Of a DNA stretch of 64,000 nucleotides, positions 9,980-19,717 are shown in pieces. Source of the stretch: a bacterium (lineage in GTDB: Bacteria > Zhuqueibacterota > QNDG01 > JAFGCO01); contig JAFGGN010000028.1 in the NCBI GenBank assembly GCA_016930535.1, positions 4,348 through 68,347 on the forward strand, read 5' to 3'. The stretch's first letter is position 1, and each line of letters opens with the position of its first letter. The notes below the pieces were generated by a model that saw only the letters and a program-made list of their open reading frames with translations, had not been told where the DNA came from and made no database searches. A program made the translations under genes and the position numbers.

Positions 9980-10222
9980 ATGATTGACCGCGAAAAATTC
10001 AATGAAATCATTGTGGAAAACCTGGGTGCCGATCCCAACGAAATTACCGATGACGCTTCTTTTATCGACGACCTGGGGGCTGATTCTCTGGATACGGTTG
10101 AATTGATCATGGCATTCGAGAATGCCTTTGAAATCGAAATTCCGGATGAAGATGCAGAGAAGCTGACGACTGTCGGTAAGGCACTGAGTTATCTCGAAGA
10201 GATGGTTTCAAAAAAGAAATAA
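9980..10222 (+). CDS. acpP: Acyl carrier protein
   Basis: [12 protein letters not shown] phosphopantetheine site; AGGAGG SD. Confidence 0.97.
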   Translation: MIDREKFNEIIVENLGADPNEITDDASFIDDLGADSLDTVELIMAFENAFEIEIPDEDAEKLTTVGKALSYLEEMVSKKK

Positions 10223-10230
10223 GCCGAATT

Positions 10231-10264
10231 TTGGAAGTCCCGCAATATTCCGCGGGACTTCCAA
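10231..10264 (+). terminator. 13-bp stem-loop after acpP (weak terminator or mRNA stabiliser)
   Basis: TTGGAAGTCCCGC-8nt-GCGGGACTTCCAA; only a weak U-tract follows. Confidence 0.6.
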
Positions 10265-10394
10265 GCGTCTTTATTCCTGGTATCGATCAAAAATTCAGGA
10301 TAATTATCTTGGATCTGTTTTTTAAGGACAGGTCTGCTGTTTATAGAATACATTGTCCTTAATTGTCAGCATTTTATTTAAGGAGGACAGCTGT

Positions 10395-11633
10395 ATGCGG
10401 GAACGCCGTATTGCAGTTACCGGTCTGGGTGCAATCACACCGCTGGGTAATGATGTCAAGACGTTCTGGAGCGGATTGCTGCAGGGGAAATCCGGAATTG
10501 ATAAAATCACCAAATTTGATGCAACCGGTTATCCAAGCCAGATCGCGGGTGAAATCAAGGACTTCGATACAGCAAAGTACATCGATTTCAAAGAAGCCCG
10601 TCGTATGGATATATTTACCCATTATGCAATTGCAGCAGCCGAACAGGCCATTCAGCAGGCCGGATTGAATGATCAGATTGATCCCACGCGAATCGGCGTG
10701 ATTGTCGGATGCGGTATCGGCGGAATGATCACGTATCATATTGAACATACAAAATTGCTGAATCAGGGACATCGAAAAGTCAGTCCCTTTTTCATCCCCA
10801 TGATGATTCCTGATATTGCAGCGGGGCATATATCAATCAAATACGGATACCAGGGGCCGAATTACGCTTCGGTTTCAGCATGCGCTTCGGGTGCCCACGC
10901 CATTGGACTGGGATTGATGCACATTGAACGGGGTGATGCGGATCTGATGGTTGTCGGGGGAGCAGAAGGTGTCATTACCGACATGTCCTTCGCAGGATTT
11001 TGCAGTGCCAAAACCCTGTCAATTCGAAATGATGAACCCCAGCGGGCAAGCCGGCCTTTTGATAAGGAAAGGGACGGATTTGTCATGGGGGAAGGAGCCG
11101 GTGTGGTGGTTCTGGAGGAGTTGCAGCATGCCAGGAAACGCGGTGCAGAAATACTGGCAGAATTCGGAGGCATCGGATTTACCGGAGACGCGTATCATAT
11201 AACGGCTCCTCATTTCAGCGGAAACGGTGCGATCCGCGCCATGAAGCTCGCCGTTCAGGATGCGGGTTTGAATCCTGAAGACGTGGATTATATCAATGCA
11301 CACGGGACATCCACTTCATTGAACGATAAAACCGAGACACTGGCCATCAAGACCCTGTTCGGGGATCTGGCTAATAAAATTCCGGTCAGTTCCACAAAGT
11401 CCATGATCGGTCACCTTCTGGGTGCGACCGGAGCTGTTGAATTTATCGCCTCTATCCTTTCCATACGGAATAACATTATTCCGCCGACGATAAATTACGA
11501 AGTTCCGGATCCGGATTGCGATCTTGATTATGTGCCCAATAAGGCCAGAGAACAGAACCTGAATACAGCCATATCCAATTCATTCGGCTTCGGCGGCCAC
11601 AATGTATGTCTGTGTGTCAAGAAATATGTTTAG
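10395..11633 (+). CDS. fabF: 3-oxoacyl-ACP synthase II
   Basis: SACASGAHA, NAHGTST, GHLLGA, NSFGFGGHN; AGGAGG SD before ATG 10395. Confidence 0.96.
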   Translation: MRERRIAVTGLGAITPLGNDVKTFWSGLLQGKSGIDKITKFDATGYPSQIAGEIKDFDTAKYIDFKEARRMDIFTHYAIAAAEQAIQQAGLNDQIDPTRIGVIVGCGIGGMITYHIEHTKLLNQGHRKVSPFFIPMMIPDIAAGHISIKYGYQGPNYASVSACASGAHAIGLGLMHIERGDADLMVVGGAEGVITDMSFAGFCSAKTLSIRNDEPQRASRPFDKERDGFVMGEGAGVVVLEELQHARKRGAEILAEFGGIGFTGDAYHITAPHFSGNGAIRAMKLAVQDAGLNPEDVDYINAHGTSTSLNDKTETLAIKTLFGDLANKIPVSSTKSMIGHLLGATGAVEFIASILSIRNNIIPPTINYEVPDPDCDLDYVPNKAREQNLNTAISNSFGFGGHNVCLCVKKYV

Positions 11634-11639
11634 AATCAT

Positions 11640-12425
11640 ATGAATCCTATATCGCGTTTATTCAGGTCAATATTTCGGGCAAAATTTTTCAGAAGTAAAA
11701 TGCCGGTGCAGAGGGAATCCGTTTCTTTGGATTCCCTTTGTCGCGCTATAAAGTACGAATTTCATGATTCCGCTCTGCTCGAACAGGCCATGACCCATCG
11801 TTCCTCTCTCGATAAAATTAAAAAAACGTTCAGCAATGAGCGTCTCGAGTTTCTGGGAGATGCGGTTCTTGGCTGGATCGTTACAGATGCACTGTACAGG
11901 CAATTTCCGGAATGTAACGAAGGGGAACTGACAATTACCAAATCATCGATTGTCAGCCGGGAGAACCTTGCCAGGCAGGCGCATCAAATTCAGCTGGGTC
12001 TGTATCTGATTCTCGGTACAGGCGAAGAACAATCCGGCGGCCGGTTACGGCGCTCCATTCTCGCCAATGCGTATGAAGCACTGCTGGGTGCGGTTTATTT
12101 GGACGGCGGCGTCGAGAGCGTCCGGAGACTGATTCAGGACCATTTGCTGAACAATGTCAAACAGCTGATGTCAAGCAAGTTTCATCATAATTATAAAAGC
12201 TGGCTGCTCGAACACCTGCAGGCCATTCATAAAAAATCTCCGAAATATCATATTGTCAAGGAGAAAGGTCCGGACCATCACAAGGAATTCACCGTGGAAG
12301 TTATTTTTAATGATCAGGTTCTCGGAAAAGGTCAGGGGAACAGCAAGAAACGCGCTGAACAGGCAGCGGCACGTGATGCACTGCAGAATCTGGGACTTTT
12401 ATCGATTGTAAAAGAAGAACAATAG
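11640..12425 (+). CDS. rnc: Ribonuclease III
   Basis: NERLEFLGDAVL signature plus dsRBD (GPDHHKEF...SKKRAEQAAA). Confidence 0.96.
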   Translation: MNPISRLFRSIFRAKFFRSKMPVQRESVSLDSLCRAIKYEFHDSALLEQAMTHRSSLDKIKKTFSNERLEFLGDAVLGWIVTDALYRQFPECNEGELTITKSSIVSRENLARQAHQIQLGLYLILGTGEEQSGGRLRRSILANAYEALLGAVYLDGGVESVRRLIQDHLLNNVKQLMSSKFHHNYKSWLLEHLQAIHKKSPKYHIVKEKGPDHHKEFTVEVIFNDQVLGKGQGNSKKRAEQAAARDALQNLGLLSIVKEEQ

Positions 12426-12436
12426 AGGAGGTCAGT

Positions 12437-13597
12437 ATGGACTATTTTTTATCAGAAGAATTGAAAATGATTCAGGATTTGGCACGCGAATTTGCGCGTG
12501 AAAAAATTGCCCCGGTGGCAGCTCAGTATGATCAGACCGGAGAATTTCCGTGGGATATCATGAAAGAGCTTGCAAAAATGGATTTTTTCCGTATCTATAT
12601 CGACGAGGAATACGGCGGTATGGGTCTGGGTTCCATGGGTCTGGTACTCGCCACTGAAGAACTGTCACGGGCCTGCGGAGGGATCGCACTCGGATTTGCG
12701 GGTACGGCTCTCGGTGTGATGCCGTTGCTGATTTCAGGCAATGAGGAACAGAAGCAAAAATACCTGCCTGATCTGGCAGCCGGAAAAATGCTGGGTGCAT
12801 TCGCCCTGACCGAACCCAATGCGGGATCGGATGCAGGCGGAATACAGACAACGGCAAAAAAAGACGGTGATCATTATATACTGAACGGTGTCAAACATTT
12901 TATCACCAATGGCGGTGTGGCCAAATTCAATACAGTCATTGCAATGACCAACCCCGCAAAAGGGGCGAGAGGGGCTTCGGCATTTATCGTCGAGGAGGGA
13001 ACACCCGGTTTCTCTTACGGAAAAAAGGAAGATAAAATGGGTATCAGGGCGTCGGCCACTTCGGAGTTGATTTTTGAAGATTGCCGTATTCCAAAAGAAA
13101 ATCTTCTCGGCGGCGAGGGCCAGGGCTTTATGATCGCCATGCGCACACTGGACCGGTCACGTCCCGGTGTCGCGTCCCAGGCGCTGGGTATTGCACAGGG
13201 CGCACTGGACCATGCCGTCGATTACAGCCGTCAGCGTGTTCAGTTCAATCAGCCGATTTCCAGTTTTCAGGCCATCCAGTTCAAACTTGCAGAAATGGCC
13301 ACACGGATCGAAGCCGCAAGGAATTTGATCTACCATGTCGCCAGGAACGTGGATGCGGGGGAGAAAAACTTTACCAAAGAAGCGGCCATGGCCAAATATT
13401 ATGCATCCGAGGTTGCCATGTACGTGACCACGGAAGCGGTACAGATTTTTGGCGGCTATGGATATATGAAAGAATACCCGGTCGAAAAATACATGCGCGA
13501 CGCAAAAATTACACAGATCTACGAAGGCACCAGTGAAATTCAACGGGGTGTTATCGGCAAGGCATTGATCAAGGAAGCGGCAAGCAGGAAATCCTGA
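12437..13597 (+). CDS. Acyl-CoA dehydrogenase (butyryl-CoA dehydrogenase-like)
   Basis: FALTEPNAGSD, KHFITNG, KMGIRAS, QIFGGYGY, IYEGTSEIQR. Confidence 0.93.
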   Translation: MDYFLSEELKMIQDLAREFAREKIAPVAAQYDQTGEFPWDIMKELAKMDFFRIYIDEEYGGMGLGSMGLVLATEELSRACGGIALGFAGTALGVMPLLISGNEEQKQKYLPDLAAGKMLGAFALTEPNAGSDAGGIQTTAKKDGDHYILNGVKHFITNGGVAKFNTVIAMTNPAKGARGASAFIVEEGTPGFSYGKKEDKMGIRASATSELIFEDCRIPKENLLGGEGQGFMIAMRTLDRSRPGVASQALGIAQGALDHAVDYSRQRVQFNQPISSFQAIQFKLAEMATRIEAARNLIYHVARNVDAGEKNFTKEAAMAKYYASEVAMYVTTEAVQIFGGYGYMKEYPVEKYMRDAKITQIYEGTSEIQRGVIGKALIKEAASRKS

Positions 13598-13614
13598 CGG
13601 ACAAACAAAAAATG

Positions 13615-13648
13615 AAGCGCCCATGGATTCAACCATGGGCGCTTTTTA
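13615..13648 (+). terminator. Rho-independent terminator
   Basis: AAGCGCCCATGG-ATTCAA-CCATGGGCGCTT followed by TTTATA. Confidence 0.85.
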
Positions 13649-13668
13649 TATCAGGTATCGGTTTTTTC

Positions 13669-13697
13669 TTGAAATTCTGGAACAATAGTTGCATATT
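13669..13697 (+). promoter_or_regulatory. Putative sigma70 promoter of the rmlC cassette
   Basis: TTGAAA-N17-CATATT. Confidence 0.4.
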
Positions 13698-13729
13698 TAT
13701 TATCAATCAATAAACCATGGGAGATTCGG

Positions 13730-14191
13730 ATGATTGAGGGGGTCAAGCTCGTTCCTCTGACAACGCACAGCGATGATCGCGGGCATCTGCTGGAAATATA
13801 CCGTACCGATACGGATTATCATAAGACGTTCGGCGGACAGATCAATCAGGTCTATATTGTGGAGGATCCCGTTCGGGGAACCATACGTGCATTCCACAGG
13901 CATCGTTTCTTATGGGATTTCTTCTTCATCTCCCATGGCAGCGCAAAATTTGCGCTTCATGACGGGCGAGAAGAATCCCCGACCTTTGGTGAAACCAACA
14001 CTTTCGTTCTCGGGGACAAACAGCGCAAAATGCTCGTGGTGCCTCCCGGTGTGTATCATGGCTGGATGTCACTGGAAGACGACACGCAATTGACCTCGAT
14101 CGCTTCCCATACATATCAGCCGGAAAATCCTGATGAAGAGCGCGTGCCTTACGATTCCTTCGGTTATGACTGGTCGATTAAATTTAAATGA
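13730..14191 (+). CDS. dTDP-4-dehydrorhamnose 3,5-epimerase family cupin (RmlC-like)
   Basis: HSDDRG, IRAFHRH, DGREESPTFG, VPPGVYHG. Confidence 0.85.
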   Translation: MIEGVKLVPLTTHSDDRGHLLEIYRTDTDYHKTFGGQINQVYIVEDPVRGTIRAFHRHRFLWDFFFISHGSAKFALHDGREESPTFGETNTFVLGDKQRKMLVVPPGVYHGWMSLEDDTQLTSIASHTYQPENPDEERVPYDSFGYDWSIKFK

Positions 14192-14285
14192 ACAGGCTGA
14201 TTGAAGGGGATTAAACTGTACGGTGATGCGGTGTCAGGGAGGGCCTACGGGGATTCAAATTTATTATAAACAGGAGCGGACAGCC

Positions 14286-15365
14286 ATGTCCAAGCAAAAA
14301 GATAAAATTCTGGTTGTGGGAGGAGCGGGATACGTCGGATCCATCCTGATCCGGGATCTTTTGGATAAAGGATATGCCGTGAAAGTGCTGGACAGAATGT
14401 TCTTCGGCGAAATCGGCATTCGCGAGGTGAAGGATCGCATCGAGCTGATCGTGGACGATATGAGAACAATCGATCCCTCCGTTCTGGATGATGTTCAGAG
14501 TGTGATCAATATCGGTGGCCTGTCCAATGATCCGACCGCTGAATATAATCCGCAGGCCAATTTCGAAATGAATACGCTGGCTGCCGAAAAGCTGGCGAAA
14601 ATGGCCAAGGAACGGGGTATCAAACGTTATGTTTATGCCTCTTCCTGTTCGGTTTATTACGTGCCCGCAGGCGTGGATTCGGAAGATATTCTTCTCACCG
14701 AGGCAGCGCAAATCGATCCGAAGGCGGCTTATTCGAAATCCAAGTTCGAAGCGGAGAAAAGACTGCTTGCCATGGCCGGTCCGGAGTTCTGCCCTGTTAT
14801 TTTAAGAAAGGGAACCATTTTCGGATTTTCACCCCGGATGCGGTATGACCTGGTCGTCAATACGTTTTTAAAAACAGCGCTGTCCACACGAAAGCTGAAC
14901 CTGCATTATGGCGGAGAAATGTGGCGCCCCCTGGTCGATATTCATGATGCGGCGGCCGCCTATATCCTCTCACTTGAGGCTCCCGAAGACAAGGTTTGCG
15001 GTCAGATATTCAATATCGCTTCCAAGAACTACAGGGTGTCCGAGCTGGCACTCAAGGTGTATCAGATCCTGAACGATAAGGGAGTGGATGTAAAAATATG
15101 CTCCGATTACCGGTACAAGGGCATACGAAGTTACCGCGTTTCCACGGACAAGGCCGAGGATGTCCTGGGTTTCCGTCCCCGGATCACGCTTGAAGAATCC
15201 ATTGTGACCATGCTGGAAATGATCGAGAAATACGGATTCAATGATTTCGATCACCCGCGGTACTACAACATTACCTGGATGAAACTGCTCGAGGAAGTAC
15301 AGGGAATCATTCAGAAACACAAGGGTATATTTGAAATCGACGGCAGCTTCCGGGGCGAGTCATGA
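14286..15365 (+). CDS. NAD-dependent nucleotide-sugar epimerase/dehydratase (extended SDR)
   Basis: GGAGYVG, ASSCSVY, YSKSK, FGFSPRMRYDLVVN. Confidence 0.9.
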   Translation: MSKQKDKILVVGGAGYVGSILIRDLLDKGYAVKVLDRMFFGEIGIREVKDRIELIVDDMRTIDPSVLDDVQSVINIGGLSNDPTAEYNPQANFEMNTLAAEKLAKMAKERGIKRYVYASSCSVYYVPAGVDSEDILLTEAAQIDPKAAYSKSKFEAEKRLLAMAGPEFCPVILRKGTIFGFSPRMRYDLVVNTFLKTALSTRKLNLHYGGEMWRPLVDIHDAAAAYILSLEAPEDKVCGQIFNIASKNYRVSELALKVYQILNDKGVDVKICSDYRYKGIRSYRVSTDKAEDVLGFRPRITLEESIVTMLEMIEKYGFNDFDHPRYYNITWMKLLEEVQGIIQKHKGIFEIDGSFRGES

Positions 15366-16228
15366 AGCTCATGATTGTCGGTGCAGATGGACAATTGGGC
15401 TCGGATCTGGTCAGTCAGTTCCAGGATCATGCGAAGCTGATACCGCTGACCTATCAGGACGGAGACATCACCGATCCGGGATTCGTAAACAGGATATGCC
15501 GGAGTCATGCGCCTGATGTTATAATCAACACGGCTGCATTTCATCAGGTGCCCAGATGTGAGGATGAACCGCAGCGTGCATTCGAAGTCAATGCGCTCGG
15601 TGCAAGAAATCTGGCGTTTGCAGCAAAGGACCAGGGATCGCGTCTCATACATATCAGTACGGATTATGTGTTTGACGGCCTGAAAACGACACCTTATACA
15701 GAAGAGGATGCACCCAATCCGCTCAGCGTGTATGCCAACACCAAACTCTCCGGAGAATACTTTGTTTCATCGATCTGTGAACAATTCATGATTCTCAGGG
15801 TGTCCGGCATATACGGCCAGACAAGATGTATAGGAAAGGGCAGCAATTTTATCAACACCATGCTGAAAATGTACCGGGAGAATAAACCGCTTCGTGTGGT
15901 TACGGATGAAATCCTGACTCCCACTTCGACCCTTGAAATCAGCCGTCAGATCGAGGTGATGATTAATCATAACCTGAACGGATTGTTTCATGTGACTTGC
16001 GAGGGTGCCTGTTCCTGGCATGAATTTGCTCAGAGTATTTTTGATATTCTCGATTATCGGGTCAAGGTAGAAACCGCGAAAGTGGCCGATTTTCCATCAA
16101 TTGTCAAACGGCCGCATTATTCGGTTTTGGAAAATGCACGGCTGAAGGAAGCCGGATTAAACCGGATGTCGCATTGGAGAAATGCACTCCAGGAATTTTT
16201 GACAACGGTAGAGGTGAATCAGTTATGA
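15362..16228 (+). CDS. rmlD: dTDP-4-dehydrorhamnose reductase
   Basis: GADGQLG, HISTDYVFDG, YANTK, RPHYSVL. Confidence 0.88.
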   Translation: MKLMIVGADGQLGSDLVSQFQDHAKLIPLTYQDGDITDPGFVNRICRSHAPDVIINTAAFHQVPRCEDEPQRAFEVNALGARNLAFAAKDQGSRLIHISTDYVFDGLKTTPYTEEDAPNPLSVYANTKLSGEYFVSSICEQFMILRVSGIYGQTRCIGKGSNFINTMLKMYRENKPLRVVTDEILTPTSTLEISRQIEVMINHNLNGLFHVTCEGACSWHEFAQSIFDILDYRVKVETAKVADFPSIVKRPHYSVLENARLKEAGLNRMSHWRNALQEFLTTVEVNQL

Positions 16229-17358
16229 AAATTGCAATATTTGGCGCCAGAGGCATCCCCGCCAAATGGGGCGGATTCGATACATTCGTCACCAATCTGG
16301 CTCCCAGACTGGCATCCAGTGGACATCATGTCACCGTATTCTGCATGCCGAAATACTCACTGCCGGATAAACCCAAAATGATCGATGGCGTGCATCTGGT
16401 ATATTTACCCACTATATACGGCAAGTTTACCGAAACCTTCCTCCATGAAATGCTGAGCAGTATCTATGCCCTTTTCATGATGAGAAAATGCGATATCTAC
16501 TATGTGCTGGGATGCCGCAGTTCAGTCGTTTACCTGCCCCATTACATTCTCAGGCGGATCCTGGTTATCAATACGGACGGACTGGACTGGATACGCAGGA
16601 AGTGGGGGCGTTTCGCCAGAAATTTTCTCAGGTTCAATTATTGGGTCGCACGGAAGATCGGCAAACATCTTGTATCCGATTCTTATGAACTGAAAAAATA
16701 CTATATCGAAAACTATAACAGGGAAACGGTCTTTCTGACCAATGGGGGGGAGATCGTCGAGGAACGGGATCCTTCCATTGTTGAAAAATACGGCCTTGTG
16801 CCGGGAGAGTATTGTCTTGTCGCCTGCCGCATGGAACCGGAAAACAATATCGATATCATTCTTCGGGAATTCTGCAGAACCGCTTTGCCCAAACAACTCG
16901 TCATTGCAGGAGGTGCAAATTACCGAAGCCCGTATTTTGAAAATCTGAAAAAAGTGGATGATGCACGCGTCATTTTTCTGGGTCCCGTGTACGAGGAGGG
17001 GCACATTGAACAGCTTCATATTCATGCCTATCTGTATCTTCACGGACATGAGGTCGGCGGCACGAATCCGTCATTATTGAAGGCAATGGCCTGCGGCAAT
17101 ATTATCTTAGCGCATGATGTGCGGTTCAACAGAGAGGTGCTCGGAGGAAACGGCCTGTTGTGGGATAAATCCGAAGGCAGCATGCAGTCCCGGCTCGAGG
17201 ATGCCCATGCCAATTATGAAAATTACCGGAAACTGCTTCCTCAAAAATGCATTGAACGCATCCGGACTTTCTATTCCTGGGACAAGGCAGGTATTGATCA
17301 TGAACTGTTTTTCCGATGGGTGAATGGTGAGGCGGACCGGTACCAGGAATCTTTCTGA
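16225..17358 (+). CDS. GT4 glycosyltransferase with DUF1972 N-terminus (WchF-like rhamnosyltransferase)
   Basis: GARGIPAKWGGFDTF, NTDGLDWIRRKW, RMEPENN, HGHEVGGTNPSLL. Confidence 0.85.
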   Translation: MKIAIFGARGIPAKWGGFDTFVTNLAPRLASSGHHVTVFCMPKYSLPDKPKMIDGVHLVYLPTIYGKFTETFLHEMLSSIYALFMMRKCDIYYVLGCRSSVVYLPHYILRRILVINTDGLDWIRRKWGRFARNFLRFNYWVARKIGKHLVSDSYELKKYYIENYNRETVFLTNGGEIVEERDPSIVEKYGLVPGEYCLVACRMEPENNIDIILREFCRTALPKQLVIAGGANYRSPYFENLKKVDDARVIFLGPVYEEGHIEQLHIHAYLYLHGHEVGGTNPSLLKAMACGNIILAHDVRFNREVLGGNGLLWDKSEGSMQSRLEDAHANYENYRKLLPQKCIERIRTFYSWDKAGIDHELFFRWVNGEADRYQESF

Positions 17359-17442
17359 TCGATGAACCGGTCAGCCTGCCGTAAAAGGTAATCTTCTGTA
17401 CATTATTACTCAACATCATCAAGATAAAGGCGATGTCCGCCC

Positions 17443-17958
17443 ATGACGGATTTTTGCATGAAATGCGGAACGATGCTCGGGAAAGCGGTTGAAGACGGCT
17501 TTCAAAGATGGATCTGTCCGGATTGCGGATGGACGTTTTACAACAATCCACGGCCCTGCGTCACAGCCCTTATTCACGACCGGCACCGTTTCTTATTCAT
17601 CAGGCGATCCAAGGCCCCGGGCGAGGGGCTCTGGGATTTCCCGGGCGGATTCATGGAGGCACACGAACATCCTGATACGGCCCTGAAACGGGAAATCCGG
17701 GAAGAACTGAACTCGGAACTGGCATCTTATCGCCTGATCGGATTTTATCCGGATGCGTATGATGAAACGGGCACGATTCCATTGCTCAATATCGCCTATT
17801 TGTGCAGAATTCGTGGTGATATCAATCAAAGTGGAGACGAATTCAGCGAAATACGATGGCTGTCCCATGATAATCCCCCGATCGAATTCGCATTCAGATC
17901 CATGATGGGGATGCTGAAGGATGCATCGGTACTCCCGGAGATTCTGCAGAATGAATGA
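17443..17958 (+). CDS. Zn-ribbon NUDIX hydrolase
   Basis: FCMKCG...CPDCG; Nudix box GGFMEAHEHPDTALKREIREE. Confidence 0.88.
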   Translation: MTDFCMKCGTMLGKAVEDGFQRWICPDCGWTFYNNPRPCVTALIHDRHRFLFIRRSKAPGEGLWDFPGGFMEAHEHPDTALKREIREELNSELASYRLIGFYPDAYDETGTIPLLNIAYLCRIRGDINQSGDEFSEIRWLSHDNPPIEFAFRSMMGMLKDASVLPEILQNE

Positions 17959-19012
17959 ACGGAAAAAAACACGGACCGTGCGAATCGGCAGCGTGGCAAT
18001 CGGCGGCGGAAATCCCGTTATTGTGCAGTCCATGACATGCACGAAAACCGAAGATATCCGGGCCACGGTCGAACAGATTCTCATGCTGGAAGAGGCAGGA
18101 TGTGAAATTATCCGTGTGGCTGTTCCGGGAGAAGAAGCTGCAGATGCCATACCTGAAATCAAAAAACAGATACACATCCCGATTGTAGCGGACATTCACT
18201 TCGATTATAATCTTGCTGTCCGTTCCATCCGGAACGGTGCCGATAAAATCCGCATCAATCCCGGAAATATCGGATCAGCCGACCGGCTTCGTTCGATTTA
18301 CCAAACGGCCGGCGAATTCGGGATTCCCGTCAGGATCGGGGTCAATTCAGGATCGGTTGAAAAGGATCTGCTGGACAAATACGGAGCCGTGTGCGCGGAG
18401 GCGCTTGTCGAGAGCGCAATGAGACATATCGAAATCAGTCAGGATCTCGGTTTCGACAATCTCGTGATTTCCGTCAAAGCCAGCCATGTGCCGCTCATGA
18501 TCCGGACAAACCGCCTTCTTTCAGAAAAAACGGATTTTCCGCTGCATCTCGGCGTTACAGAGGCCGGGACCGTACAGCAGGGTGTGATCCGTTCAGCGAT
18601 TGGTATCGGCACGTTGCTGGCCGAAGGAATCGGTGATACCATACGGGTAAGTCTCACCGGTGATCCGGTGCATGAAATCAGGGCAGCTTTCGATATACTG
18701 CGTGCGCTCGAAATGCGGAAACAGGGTGTGACGCTGATTTCCTGTCCGACATGCGGACGGACAGAAGTCAATGTGGAGGATATTGCGAACCAGGTCGAGA
18801 GGGCGCTGACACATATCAAAAAGCCGCTGACTGTTGCGGTGATGGGATGTGCGGTCAATGGCCCGGGGGAGGCCAAAGCAGCCGATATCGGCGTGGCCTG
18901 CGGTAAAGGATCGGCCCTATTGTTCAGGCACGGAGAGATTGTCGAAAAAATACAGGAGAATGAAATTGTGGCGCGTCTCGTAAAAGAAATCGAACAATGG
19001 GACAATGACTGA
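17951..19012 (+). CDS. ispG: (E)-4-hydroxy-3-methylbut-2-enyl-diphosphate synthase
   Basis: VQSMT, ADIHF, RINPGNIG, HLGVTEAG, SCPTCGR, MGCAVNGPGE. Confidence 0.97.
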   Translation: MNERKKTRTVRIGSVAIGGGNPVIVQSMTCTKTEDIRATVEQILMLEEAGCEIIRVAVPGEEAADAIPEIKKQIHIPIVADIHFDYNLAVRSIRNGADKIRINPGNIGSADRLRSIYQTAGEFGIPVRIGVNSGSVEKDLLDKYGAVCAEALVESAMRHIEISQDLGFDNLVISVKASHVPLMIRTNRLLSEKTDFPLHLGVTEAGTVQQGVIRSAIGIGTLLAEGIGDTIRVSLTGDPVHEIRAAFDILRALEMRKQGVTLISCPTCGRTEVNVEDIANQVERALTHIKKPLTVAVMGCAVNGPGEAKAADIGVACGKGSALLFRHGEIVEKIQENEIVARLVKEIEQWDND

Positions 19013-19081
19013 AGAACGCGCTCCTTTATTCGCTTCACGTATATATATTATAAATATGGACAGATAACAGGGGGGCGGCTT

Positions 19082-19717
19082 ATGGACCTTGACAATGTAC
19101 ACTGGCTGGGACACTCGACGGTTCATATTGTCACGGATATTTCTATTTATTTTGATCCCTACCATCTGCCTCATGGTGCAATTCCCGCCGATCTCATTCT
19201 GATCACGCATGAGCATTATGACCATTGCTCCATGGATGACATTGTAAAAATCAAAACAGAAAAAACCGTTCTCGTGGTACCCAGGAAAAACGCCAATCAG
19301 TTTTCGGGCCAGGTCATCGGTGTGGCGCCCGGCGATCAGATCACGGCGGCCGGAATTCCTATCCAGGTGATTCCCGCTTACAATATCAACAAGCCCTATC
19401 ATCCCAAGGACAGACAATACGTAGGTTACATTATCGAGGTTGAAGGTGTCAGGTGCTATCATGCCGGCGATACGGATCATATTCCCGAAATGCAGGATGT
19501 GAAAACCGATATTGCATTCCTTCCTGTCAGCGGCACCTATACCATGAACGCACAGGAAGCGGCTGAAGCGGCTGAAATCATCCGTCCCAAACTGGCCGTA
19601 CCCATTCACTGGGGAAGCGTGGCCGGCTACAGAACCGATGCAGAGCAGTTCATCCGACTGTCACGAACACGTTCATTGATACTTGAACAGGAAACCGAAC
19701 CCTTTTCAGGCGAATGA
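19082..19717 (+). CDS. MBL-fold metallo-hydrolase (UPF0173-like)
   Basis: THEHYDH, YHAGDT, PIHWG. Confidence 0.88.
   Translation: MDLDNVHWLGHSTVHIVTDISIYFDPYHLPHGAIPADLILITHEHYDHCSMDDIVKIKTEKTVLVVPRKNANQFSGQVIGVAPGDQITAAGIPIQVIPAYNINKPYHPKDRQYVGYIIEVEGVRCYHAGDTDHIPEMQDVKTDIAFLPVSGTYTMNAQEAAEAAEIIRPKLAVPIHWGSVAGYRTDAEQFIRLSRTRSLILEQETEPFSGE

Noticed and set aside
14197-14218. Short similarity to the rmlC-like start (TGATTGAxGGGG..AAxCT)
   Set aside because: About 20 bp with mismatches and an indel; too short to call a duplication remnant
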